From Bdellovibrio sp. (GTDB taxonomy: Bacteria > Bdellovibrionota > Bdellovibrionia > Bdellovibrionales > Bdellovibrionaceae), in the NCBI GenBank assembly GCA_036676395.1, contig JAKFCY010000002.1, positions 96,001 through 160,000 of the forward strand: a stretch of DNA of 64,000 nt, in the 5' to 3' direction. The translations under genes were made by a program, and so were the position numbers. Positions 19,800-29,200 of the stretch are shown piece after piece. Positions within the stretch are counted from its first letter, which is position 1. Each line of letters begins with the position of its first letter. The notes under the pieces are model-generated. The model was given only the letters and a program-made list of their open reading frames with translations. It was not told the origin of the DNA and did no database searches.

Positions 19800-21608
19800 A
19801 TGACGAATAACCCAGAAAAAAACGAAATCAAAACTTTGACTGCTGCTGAACAAGAAGTGTTGGCAAAAGAAGAAGTTCAAAAATTGCTTAAGATGGCTAA
19901 AGATAAAGGCCGCTTAACAATCGAAGAGATCAATGAATCTCTTCCGCAAGAAATTATTGCGGCTAGCGTATTAGATGCATTGATGCAGACGCTTGAAGCT
20001 AACGGTGTGGTTATTACAGAACATACTGAAGCCGCTCGTGAAGACGACAAAGACGAATTCCTGTCTAAAGTTGACGAAGAAGAAGAAGACGAAGAAGAAC
20101 TAAAAGAAGCCGAAGACGTAAAGGGTTCTGACCCAGTACGTTTATACTTACGTAAAATGGGATCTGTTTCATTACTTACACGTGAAGGTGAAGTTGAAAT
20201 TGCCCGTCGTATTGAAAAGGGTGAGCGCGAGATCGTTCGTGCGATGTTAATGTCTCCGTTAGGAACATTCGAGATCATCAATTTAGGTAAACGTTTAGAT
20301 CAAGGCCGTATCAAAGTTAAATCGATCTTTCGTGGTCTTGAAGATGAAGATACTCAGTACGACGAAAAAGAGTACATCGAAAAAATTCATCAATTAATCG
20401 GTATCGTTACAAAATACCAAAAAGACACAGAAAAAGCTTTCACCGCTTTACGCGATGAAAATATCAAACCTGATGTTAAAACTAAAATTTATGAAGAAAC
20501 TCGCGTAATCAACGAAGCGTTGATGGCGAATTTCGAATCAATCAATTTCAACCGTAAAACGATCAACCGCGTTGTTATTAAGTTTAAAAATTTAGTCAAC
20601 CGCATGGGCACTTTACGTCGTCGTATTAAAGACGGTATGGAAAAAACTTTCTCTAAAGACGTAGCGTCTTTAGTTGAACGTTTAAAAGTGATCGAGAATA
20701 ACGAAAAAGAATTAACTAAAACTACTCGTGACACTGGCTTAAGCTACGGTCGTTTCCGTACATACGCTATCCAGGCACAAGAAGCTGAAGTTCGTTTAAA
20801 ACGTCTTCATGAAGACACAGAAATGAACTTTCGCTGGATTCAAGAAACTTACACAGCAATTTGGAAAGGTGAGCGCGAAGCTGACCTTGCGAAATCTGAG
20901 TTAGTTGAAGCCAATCTTCGTCTAGTTGTTTCTATCGCTAAAAAATACACTAACAGAGGCTTACAATTCTTAGATTTAATCCAAGAAGGTAACATCGGTT
21001 TAATGAAAGCCGTTGATAAATTTGAATACCGTCGCGGTTACAAATTTTCGACTTATGCCACTTGGTGGATTCGTCAGGCGATCACGCGCGCCATTGCCGA
21101 TCAGGCCCGTACAATCCGTATTCCAGTTCATATGATCGAGACGATTAATAAACTTGTGCGTACACAACGTTTATTAATCCAAGAGTTAGGCCGTGAAGCG
21201 ACTCCTGAAGAAATCGCAGATCGTATGGATATGCCGGTAGATAAAGTTCGCAAAGTGTTAAAAATTGCGAAAGAGCCAATCAGCTTAGAAACTCCAGTGG
21301 GTGAAGAAGAAGATTCTCACTTAGGGGATTTTATCGAAGATAAAAAAGTGATCAATCCTGCAGAAGCGATTGTGAACTTAAACTTAGCTGAGCAAACTCG
21401 TCGTGTCTTATCAACATTAACTCCACGTGAAGAAAAAGTATTACGTATGCGTTTTGGTATCGGTGAAGAATCAGATCACACTCTTGAAGAGGTTGGTCAG
21501 GATTTCAACGTTACTCGTGAGCGTATCCGTCAGATTGAAGCAAAGGCGTTACGTAAATTACGTCACCCTTCTAGAAGCAATAAACTAAAAACGTTTGTTG
21601 ATAGCTAG
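19800..21608 (+). CDS. rpoD: RNA polymerase primary sigma factor
   Basis: [61 protein letters not shown]. Confidence 0.98.
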   Translation: MTNNPEKNEIKTLTAAEQEVLAKEEVQKLLKMAKDKGRLTIEEINESLPQEIIAASVLDALMQTLEANGVVITEHTEAAREDDKDEFLSKVDEEEEDEEELKEAEDVKGSDPVRLYLRKMGSVSLLTREGEVEIARRIEKGEREIVRAMLMSPLGTFEIINLGKRLDQGRIKVKSIFRGLEDEDTQYDEKEYIEKIHQLIGIVTKYQKDTEKAFTALRDENIKPDVKTKIYEETRVINEALMANFESINFNRKTINRVVIKFKNLVNRMGTLRRRIKDGMEKTFSKDVASLVERLKVIENNEKELTKTTRDTGLSYGRFRTYAIQAQEAEVRLKRLHEDTEMNFRWIQETYTAIWKGEREADLAKSELVEANLRLVVSIAKKYTNRGLQFLDLIQEGNIGLMKAVDKFEYRRGYKFSTYATWWIRQAITRAIADQARTIRIPVHMIETINKLVRTQRLLIQELGREATPEEIADRMDMPVDKVRKVLKIAKEPISLETPVGEEEDSHLGDFIEDKKVINPAEAIVNLNLAEQTRRVLSTLTPREEKVLRMRFGIGEESDHTLEEVGQDFNVTRERIRQIEAKALRKLRHPSRSNKLKTFVDS

Positions 21609-21650
21609 GTGCGGCCGGTCAGGCGCTAGAAAATCTAAATTAAGTTTACC

Positions 21651-21680
21651 AAATAGGAGATCATTGATCTCCTATTTTTT
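21651..21680 (+). terminator. Rho-independent terminator after rpoD
   Basis: AAATAGGAGATC-ATT-GATCTCCTATTT perfect stem followed by a T run. Confidence 0.85.
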
Positions 21681-21704
21681 TGTCCTGAATAGTCCCGAAA
21701 AAGC

Positions 21705-21720
21705 TGGGTGTGAAATTGCA
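21705..21720 (+). promoter_or_regulatory. Candidate sigma-54 promoter
   Basis: TGGGTGTGAAATTGCA = GG-N10-GC, upstream of GGAGA RBS and ATG 21749. Confidence 0.55.
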
Positions 21721-21748
21721 ATTCTTGTACGTTATGGAGAACAACACC

Positions 21749-21946
21749 ATGAAATACAAAGATATGATTTCTGAAGAAGATTTTTTTAATGCGCAAATTG
21801 CGCGGCGGTCTTCAAAGTCACCACAGAAAGATAGTCCGGGTGATTCTGCGGCCAATGCAAATGCTGAAGTGAGTTACGGCATTGAATACCAACCGGCAAA
21901 GCGAAAACGTAAAAAAGATATTCCGGCTTTTGATAATAAAGGCTAA
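21749..21946 (+). CDS. Small hypothetical protein (65 aa)
   Basis: GGAGA RBS before ATG 21749; stop abuts the next gene. Confidence 0.55.
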   Translation: MKYKDMISEEDFFNAQIARRSSKSPQKDSPGDSAANANAEVSYGIEYQPAKRKRKKDIPAFDNKG

Positions 21947-23095
21947 TTGCTTATCAAACATGAGCTTGTTAGGCTTTTAGCAGTGGAAATTTCGGCAATT
22001 CATGTCATCAATAACGATCAGCGAAACGCAAAATCTGTAAATTTTGGCCCGCATTTTTTAAATTTAAGCGGTAAAACGTATTTATACAGCAGTGTGCGGT
22101 TCGAAATCGGTGGCAATAATGATTCAATTCTATTTATTCATCTCAGTGATAAAGAATTGCTATACATCGCTTTAGATCGATCAATGAAAAAGCAACTGCT
22201 GGAAATTGAAACGATCAAATCTCAGTTGCTGCCTTTGTTTAAAGTCAGCGATAAAAACCTGCACATGGATTTAAGTTATATCGCTGTGATTATAGCGATT
22301 ATTGCTTCGATGATTTATTTTCGCGGGCCCATCGCCGGAGCCTTTGCGACGTTGATTCCGGTAAGTATAGAGAAAAAAATCGGCGATAAAGTATTTAAAA
22401 CTAGTGCTACTGACGAATTTAAAAGTGTTAACAATGCTGAACTTAAATTACAGGACTTGTTAAAGCGTATTAAAGGTTATGACCAGAAAAAAATCACAGT
22501 CCATATTTCATCAAAAAAAGAAATGAATGCTTACGCAACTATCGGCGGTCATTTATTTATTAACCGCGGGTTAATTGATGAACTTAAAAAACCAGAAGAT
22601 CTACTGGGCGTCATCGGGCATGAGATGATTCATGCTGAAAAACGGCATGTGATCAAAAGCATTTTTCAAGGCGCGGGATTATTTTTATTAATTCAGACAA
22701 TTTTGGGCGATGTTACTGGGTTAGCTGCGGTCTTGGCCGATAACGGCGATTCTTTATTACAATTATCGTATTCAAGAGACTTAGAAAAAGAAGCCGATCT
22801 TTTAGCGGTTAGAATGCTGTTGGATAGTCAGATAGATCCGACTGGCCTAAAGTCAGCATTGCAAGTTATCGAAGCTGATTACAATAAAACGCTTAAAGAA
22901 ACCGTCGGCGGTGGTGCGATTGAAAAAATTTTGAATCAAAGTTTTTTACGCTCACATCCGCAAACTGAGCAGCGGTGTCTAGATATTCAGAATCAAATTG
23001 ACGAGCTTCGTAAAACTCCTAAATATGAAAACGTTGAGTACATCAGTCTAGAGACAGAATGGACAGCTTTTAAAGCTGCAATGAAAGAGCTCTAG
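21947..23095 (+). CDS. M48 family membrane metallopeptidase
   Basis: NAYATIGG, GHEMIH, YSRDLEKEAD, LRSHP, one TM helix. TTG start is uncertain. Confidence 0.88.
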   Translation: MLIKHELVRLLAVEISAIHVINNDQRNAKSVNFGPHFLNLSGKTYLYSSVRFEIGGNNDSILFIHLSDKELLYIALDRSMKKQLLEIETIKSQLLPLFKVSDKNLHMDLSYIAVIIAIIASMIYFRGPIAGAFATLIPVSIEKKIGDKVFKTSATDEFKSVNNAELKLQDLLKRIKGYDQKKITVHISSKKEMNAYATIGGHLFINRGLIDELKKPEDLLGVIGHEMIHAEKRHVIKSIFQGAGLFLLIQTILGDVTGLAAVLADNGDSLLQLSYSRDLEKEADLLAVRMLLDSQIDPTGLKSALQVIEADYNKTLKETVGGGAIEKILNQSFLRSHPQTEQRCLDIQNQIDELRKTPKYENVEYISLETEWTAFKAAMKEL

Positions 23096-23112
23096 CCAGA
23101 AAGCAGGGGCTT

Positions 23113-23778
23113 ATGAATGTTAAAGAAGTCGGATCATCCGCTTTTCAAATCTTAGAGTGTGAATTAAATCCAAATGAAATGATCACGGTCGAATCCGGAG
23201 CCATGGCCAGCCAAGATATTGGCTTAATGCCGACAACAGTTATGAATGGAACATTCTGGCAAGCCCTTGTGCTAAAACTTTTAGGCGGCGAAAGTTTTTT
23301 TATCAATCACTTTCAAAATGTTTCAAGTAAAACTCAAAAAATTCATATCAGTCAAAGTACCCCCGGTGATATTCAAAGTCGCCAGTTAAACGGCGAAGAA
23401 ATCTTTATTGAGACAGGCTCGTTTATCGCGCGCACCGGAGATATTAAAATTAAAACTAAATGGGCCGGATTTAAAAATCTTATTGCCGGTGAAGGTTTAT
23501 TTAAACTTTCGTTTAAAGGGACCGGCACAATTTGGTATGGCTGTTATGGTGCCGTCGTCGAAAAAGAAATCAATGGTACATACATTGTTGATTCAGGACA
23601 TCTGTTGATGTGGCCCCCGACCGTTCAGCTAAAACTAAAACTTGCCGGTGGATTAATTGATAGTTTTCTAAGTAAAGAAGGCTTTGTCTTACAATTAGAG
23701 GGCCAGGGTAAAGTGCAGTTACAAACTCGAAGTGTTAAAGGCCTTGCGCAATGGTTAAATGCGCGTTTTTGGAGATAG
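23113..23778 (+). CDS. TIGR00266 / AIM24 family protein (1 of 3)
   Basis: ESGAMAS, GGESFFINHF, PGDI, GEGLF, VDSGHL, GKVQLQTR. Confidence 0.9.
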   Translation: MNVKEVGSSAFQILECELNPNEMITVESGAMASQDIGLMPTTVMNGTFWQALVLKLLGGESFFINHFQNVSSKTQKIHISQSTPGDIQSRQLNGEEIFIETGSFIARTGDIKIKTKWAGFKNLIAGEGLFKLSFKGTGTIWYGCYGAVVEKEINGTYIVDSGHLLMWPPTVQLKLKLAGGLIDSFLSKEGFVLQLEGQGKVQLQTRSVKGLAQWLNARFWR

Positions 23779-23780
23779 CC

Positions 23781-24458
23781 ATGAAATTTGAATTAAAATT
23801 CCAACCCTCATCAACGATTGCAATTTGTCACCTAGAGCCGCAAGAGACATTAGTTTCTGAAGGCGGAGCGATGATGGCTCTAAAAGGTGCGGTTTCAGTA
23901 AATACCACCACTCACCAAAAAGGTGGCGGCGGAGTATTATCTGGCGTTAAAAGGTTATTAACCGGTGAAAGCTTTTTTCTGAATCAGTACAAAGCCAGTC
24001 AACCAGCGCAAGTTTGGTTATGCGCTACTTTACCCGGTGATATGTTGGTAAAAAAATTGAACGGCGAAAATTTAGTGATCGCTGGCGGCGCTTTTGTTGC
24101 CTGTGATCATGACGTGCAAATTAATTTAGAATGGCAGGGTATGAAAAGTGTTTTTTCAGGAGAATCACTTTTTTGGATCAAGGCCAAAGGGCATGGCGAA
24201 CTTTTGTTAAATAGTTTTGGTTTTATTTACCCTGTGCAAGTAGACGGTGAATACATCGTCGATACCGGACACATCGTTGCGTTTGAAGAAACGCTGCAAT
24301 TTAATATTTCAAAAGCTTCAAAAAATTGGCTACAGGCTTTTATGAGCGGCGAAGGTTTTATTTGCAGATTTAGTGGTCAAGGTACTGTTTGGTGCCAGTC
24401 GCATAATCCAAGAAGTTATGGCCAAGAATTAACTCCTTATTTGAAAGCCCGTGGTTAA
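23781..24458 (+). CDS. TIGR00266 / AIM24 family protein (2 of 3)
   Basis: EGGAMMA, TGESFFLN, VDTGHIVAF, SGEGFICRFSGQG. Start set at ATG 23781 after GGAG. Confidence 0.9.
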   Translation: MKFELKFQPSSTIAICHLEPQETLVSEGGAMMALKGAVSVNTTTHQKGGGGVLSGVKRLLTGESFFLNQYKASQPAQVWLCATLPGDMLVKKLNGENLVIAGGAFVACDHDVQINLEWQGMKSVFSGESLFWIKAKGHGELLLNSFGFIYPVQVDGEYIVDTGHIVAFEETLQFNISKASKNWLQAFMSGEGFICRFSGQGTVWCQSHNPRSYGQELTPYLKARG

Positions 24459-24460
24459 TT

Positions 24461-25123
24461 ATGAAATTTAATATTGAACATAGACCGGATTTTTCGTGGT
24501 TAACTGTTTCGGTTCCTAAAGATAAAACATTGTTTGTTGAAGCCAGCGCTATGGCCAGTATGTCGACAAACATGCAGATGACAACCAAATTTAAAGGTGG
24601 TTTGCGCCGTTTTGTTTCAGGAGAATCACTTTTTTTATCTGAATTTAAAGCTAAGGCAATGGATGGCGAAGTAACAATAGCACCAGGACCGTTTGGTGAT
24701 ATTTCACATTTTGAATTAAAAGGTGAAACAGTATTTCTTTCTTCTAGTTCATATGTGGCTCACACCGAAGGTTTGGTTTATGAAACTAAATTTCAAAATG
24801 TCACAAAGGGATTATTCTCTGGCGCAGGTTGGTTTTTAGTTAAGATGTCGGGCGCAGGGCATGTTTGGTATAACGGCTATGGTGCCTTAACTGAAATCAA
24901 TGTCGAAGACGAAGTGTTGATTGATAATAATCACCTAGTCGCATTTACCACGGGCTTAGAATATGACATGGAAAAACTGGGTAATTATAAATCACTATTT
25001 TTCAGCGGTGAAGGTTTTGTCTGTCGGTTTCGCGGTAAAGGAAAAGTTTACGTGCAAACGAAGAAGCCTTCGGCCTTAGTAAGCTGGGCGCATATCTTTC
25101 GCCCAGTCAGAAAGAATAATTAG
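24461..25123 (+). CDS. TIGR00266 / AIM24 family protein (3 of 3)
   Basis: EASAMASM, SGESLF, IDNNHLVAF, SGEGFVCRFRGKG. Confidence 0.9.
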   Translation: MKFNIEHRPDFSWLTVSVPKDKTLFVEASAMASMSTNMQMTTKFKGGLRRFVSGESLFLSEFKAKAMDGEVTIAPGPFGDISHFELKGETVFLSSSSYVAHTEGLVYETKFQNVTKGLFSGAGWFLVKMSGAGHVWYNGYGALTEINVEDEVLIDNNHLVAFTTGLEYDMEKLGNYKSLFFSGEGFVCRFRGKGKVYVQTKKPSALVSWAHIFRPVRKNN

Positions 25124-25127
25124 AAAT

Positions 25128-25874
25128 TTATTTCATCAAACGGCGCAGAATAAAATAGTAGTGATGATACATTGGTTTGGCGCGGTTTGAATCACACATT
25201 AAAGAATGCTTAAGGCAAAATGATTCTGAAGTGATGGTTTCGTATTCATCACCAAGACCTAACATGTGACCGAATTCATGAGCGATAGTTGTCGCTGACC
25301 AATTACGACCCCAGTTCGTGTCATAAGGACCTCGGGTGTCATCCCATAAAATAACTGAGTAATGTGCTTCTTTTGGGTTTGCAACGACTTGAAATTGAAA
25401 ACGATATTTAAAATCTAACGGTACCTGATTGGCGTTCCAGATTTGTTCTGCTTCGGCGAATTTCTTTTTAAAATTTTCTAAGTCTTGTTCTTTAGGGTTA
25501 AGAAAATTTACTTTTACACGTAAAGTGACATCTGTTGAATTCGGTGTGTAGATCAAATCATAGTTATATTTTTTAGGAAAAAATTCGACGTAAGTGATTT
25601 TACCCTGAATGTTTGGCTTTAAATTAAAATGATTACCGCTTAAATGACTTGGCGTTGGGTAATTTTCATAAGTGTCTTTTAAGTGCACATTAAATGACTT
25701 AAAGGCATGGTCAGGTTGAGCTGAACGGTCTTTGGCCGGCATCACCAATTCATAAAGCCAACGGTACTTTTCGGGGTTAACAGATTCGATCGTCTGTTCT
25801 GGGGCAGAGTTGGCAAAAGCTGGATTAAGTAAAAAGGCGACAAATAATGCAAAAAATTTAAGTGAACTCGTCAT
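25128..25874 (-). CDS. Secreted zinc metallopeptidase (metzincin-like)
   Basis: Signal peptide, HEFGHMLGLGDEY (HExxHxxGxxD) and downstream SLM Met-turn. Confidence 0.8.
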   Translation of the reverse strand: MTSSLKFFALFVAFLLNPAFANSAPEQTIESVNPEKYRWLYELVMPAKDRSAQPDHAFKSFNVHLKDTYENYPTPSHLSGNHFNLKPNIQGKITYVEFFPKKYNYDLIYTPNSTDVTLRVKVNFLNPKEQDLENFKKKFAEAEQIWNANQVPLDFKYRFQFQVVANPKEAHYSVILWDDTRGPYDTNWGRNWSATTIAHEFGHMLGLGDEYETITSESFCLKHSLMCDSNRAKPMYHHYYFILRRLMK

Positions 25875-25932
25875 AGCTGCAAGTAAATCGCAAAAGAAGT
25901 GAGCCCTGCAAGCTTTTTATCAGCGTCGTGGA

Positions 25933-25961
25933 TTGATCTCCTATTGGTGTTTTGCTAGGCT
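25933..25961 (+). promoter_or_regulatory. Sigma-70-type promoter of the tRNA
   Basis: TTGATC-N17-TAGGCT with a TGn extension, about 30 bp upstream of the tRNA. Confidence 0.5.
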
Positions 25962-25991
25962 ATAACTATCGTTTTAATCAAACATTCCGGT

Positions 25992-26068
25992 GGGGGTGTA
26001 GCTTAGTTGGTTAAAGCAATCGGCTCATAACCGATGGATCCGGGGTTCAAGTCCCTGCGCCCCTACCA
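25992..26068 (+). tRNA. tRNA with CAT anticodon, non-initiator (elongator Met or lysidine-modified Ile2)
   Basis: Cloverleaf: acceptor GGGGGTG/CGCCCCT, D arm GCTT/AAGC, anticodon arm ATCGG-CTCATAA-CCGAT, T arm CGGGG-TTCAAGT-CCCTG, encoded CCA. Lacks the initiator C1:A72 mismatch and three G-C pairs. Confidence 0.95.
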
Positions 26069-26078
26069 AATTTCATCA

Positions 26079-26093
26079 GTCTCATTCTGAGAT
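26079..26093. repeat. Imperfect palindrome GTCTCA-N3-TGAGA(C/T); related copies at 3613-3627 and 34951-34965
   Basis: GTCTCA-TTC-TGAGAT here; GATTCA-AAC-TGAGAC and GTCTCA-TAA-TGGGAC elsewhere; all at gene boundaries or intergenic. Confidence 0.5.
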
Positions 26094-26188
26094 ACACGTC
26101 AACCAACTCGAAGATGTTACCAAAAATTGTTACATCGGATTTACTGATTAGGTCATCACCCATATAAACACCTTAGCCGTAAATAAAG

Positions 26189-26204
26189 CGGTACAAAAAT
26201 AGCA
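26189..26204 (+). promoter_or_regulatory. Candidate sigma-54 promoter of the 1400-aa gene
   Basis: CGGTACAAAAATAGCA = GG-N10-GC, about 50 bp before the ATG. Confidence 0.45.
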
Positions 26205-26252
26205 ACTCCATTGAGATAGGCCTAAATTATTGGGTCTTGGTTAGGTGGAAAT

Positions 26253-29200
26253 ATGACAAAGACATACATGACACGAGTTTTAGCGTTCTTATTCATTTTT
26301 ACGAATAACGCTGGTGTATTTGCGGCAAGCCGCCAAGAACCGACCTTAAAAAACGGCCTATCAAAGTATTTTACTCTGTCGCCTGAGATTATTGATGTTT
26401 TAACAGAACGCTACAATACAGTCGCTTCAAATATTCAAGATGGATCACCCAACATTCAAAATACAGACAAGCTGCTAACAGAAATATTAAACGGCGCAGA
26501 TCAACAGAAGATAAGTGATTTGGTGATGCCAATTCTAACAAATGGCTCGTTAGACCCTAAGGCATTAGAGACCCAAATTCCACAATTGATTCAAAGAATT
26601 TCGCAAAATTTACCGGCAGAACAAATCAACAGATTAAGGGATCCTCAATTTGCAGAAACGATTAAGCAACAGCTTATTCAAACTGTAACTAAAGCTTTAG
26701 AAGATAAAGGCTTCACTTTAAATCAAACTTCTGGAAAGTACGGACTGACTTTCAATGGGTTTGAAATTAAAGGAATGAAGTTTTCATTAAGTGCAGACCG
26801 TCGATTTATTATCATTGATAATTTTAAGATCACACGCGGAGACACGACGATTACCTCAGACCGTGTAACTATTGATAGATCTCAATTACAAAACGGAAAA
26901 GTCGCCACTTTAGATGCCGTTAATTTAAATGTAAAAAATAAAGACAATAATATCAGTTTTGGTTGGTCTCAGCTAAGTGCTGGGCGTGATTCTCAGTCAA
27001 AAGTTTCAAGTTTAAAAGTGGTTTCTTCTCAGATCAATATCACTGAAAACGGTATGACGAAGTTCGCAACCAAAAAAGGTCCTACGGGGCTTGAGGCTAT
27101 TCATACAAGTATCGAATTGCTGCCATCAAACGGTGTGAAGCTTAGTTTAAACACTGAAGTTGGGTTTGATTTTAATCGTAATCCTTTAGCTCCGCAAAAA
27201 GATCTTCGCGTTGAAACAATGGGTGGTTCATTATTGTCAGCCGAGTTGAATTTAAACTCTCAAGCAGCAAACGTGACTTACAAATTTCAAAACGAAAGTG
27301 ATTTGAAAGTTTTTGATCCCATTCGTGGTCAGAATGTTGTTTTGGCAGGAAATTCTGAAATTAAGGCCATTGAAAATAGATCAACAACAAACGGCCAAAC
27401 AATGACAATTGATTATGTACTTGAAACAGATCAAATACTGGTTGATAGCTACAAAAAAGGTGAAAAAATTGTTATTCAAGGTGCGAGCGTTAATATGCAA
27501 GACAACAAAATCGGTCAATTCACGCAAGGAAACGTAGCCATAGATTATGCCAGCAAAAAAAATAGTCTTAAAGAATATCAGATTTACAATGCTGTTTATC
27601 ACTTTAAAGAAGACGCGACATTAAAGACTGAAAATCTAAAAAGTGATAAAGCCATTTATATCAGCGATAAAGGCACAATCCAAATCGCCGGAAACATAGC
27701 TTTTCAACAAACCACAAACAAAAAAAATGGCGAAAATGCTTCTTATTTATCTGGTGATAAAGTGACTTATTACAAAGAAGATAAATGGACTTCAGTTTTT
27801 TACAATGTGGAAGCAACCACGACAAAATACGCCGATAAAAGTGAAAAAAGTTATTTGACAGCTCATAATGGCGTTCTTAATAGCAACGATACTCAGGTTA
27901 AATTAAACGGTCTTACTCATCTTGTTAAAGAGACGACTGATAATAAGCAAACAACGAAGTACAGCTTAGTCAACGAATCGGTACTAAGCGGCGAACAAGA
28001 TAAAAACGGTCATCGACAATTATTTTCTTTGGCTCATGCCGATATTCAATCTTTAGAAGCCAAAACTTCAAGCTCGAAAGCAACCCATTTTACATTAAAG
28101 GGTGATGATTTTTATTTTGAAGACCAAAGCAAAGGACAAACCATCACTTCAAAAAATATTTCAATTATTTCTAACAAAACAGAAACAACTGACGATACGA
28201 CAGAGAATTATGCGGTTGAATTGGGTGAAACTTTATTAAAAGATTTAAATAAAGGAAAAAACGATTACGTTTTAATTTCTTCAACGGTTTTATATGAAAA
28301 ATCGGCAAAGGCTCAGGAACAAAAAGGCAGTATCTTGGTTAAAGACTTAACCGGAGAAGTCGAAGGTTATAAACTTTCATTTAAAATTAATAAACCAGAA
28401 GATGCTTTGCAAGGAAAGACCGTAGATATTTATTTTAATAAAAGCAAACAGCTTGAGTACTATTCAATTAAGAATGAGCACGGGATTATCGCAGCCGAAA
28501 AAGATGGTAAAAAAATCGTTTGGACGGGCGGATCGATTGATGTTTACAAAGATGGTGAAGTGAAACTATCAAATATCACCGGAACAGAAATGATGGTTTC
28601 GGATGATAAATTTGCCGGACATATTAAAATCGGTCAAGCGTCGGCTTTAGAAACAGCTACCACTCAATCACTTAAAGCCGCGAATGTTTCAGTAGATGGA
28701 AAAAGCAATAAAGGTGAACTTGGAACAATTAGCTTTGGCGATCTTGAAATTTTAAAAGGATCTGGAATCCAAAACTTATCCGCAACGAAGTTTAGTGCAC
28801 TTTTAAGTAAGCTTGATTCGAAAGATAATCAAAGTGTGGCCATCACCAGCGACGGGATCGAAGCTGCTCAAGTCGATGGCGTTTCGCGTGGTATGACGAT
28901 TACGAATGGCGGAATCATTGGAACAGACAATAATAAAGGTCAAAACGTGAAACTTAACTTTTCGAATTTCGCCGGAAGCGAAAATATTGCGGATAAGTCA
29001 AAAGGCTTAACCATCGAACAAGCTAAAATCAGTTTCTCAGAACAATCATCGGCGCAGCAGCTGATCGGAGATCTTACTATCGGAAAAGTAGTTAGCTTTG
29101 CTAACAAAGAAAAAGACACTTCGATTATTGAAATCAGCGACATGAAGCTTTTAGTTGTCGATGCTAATAAAAATACCTCATTAAGCGGTAGTATTGGCTG

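Noticed and set aside
26045..26068. tRNA 3' end as an att site
   Set aside because: I found no convincing second copy in the window (only an 8-bp match near 46185) and no integrase.
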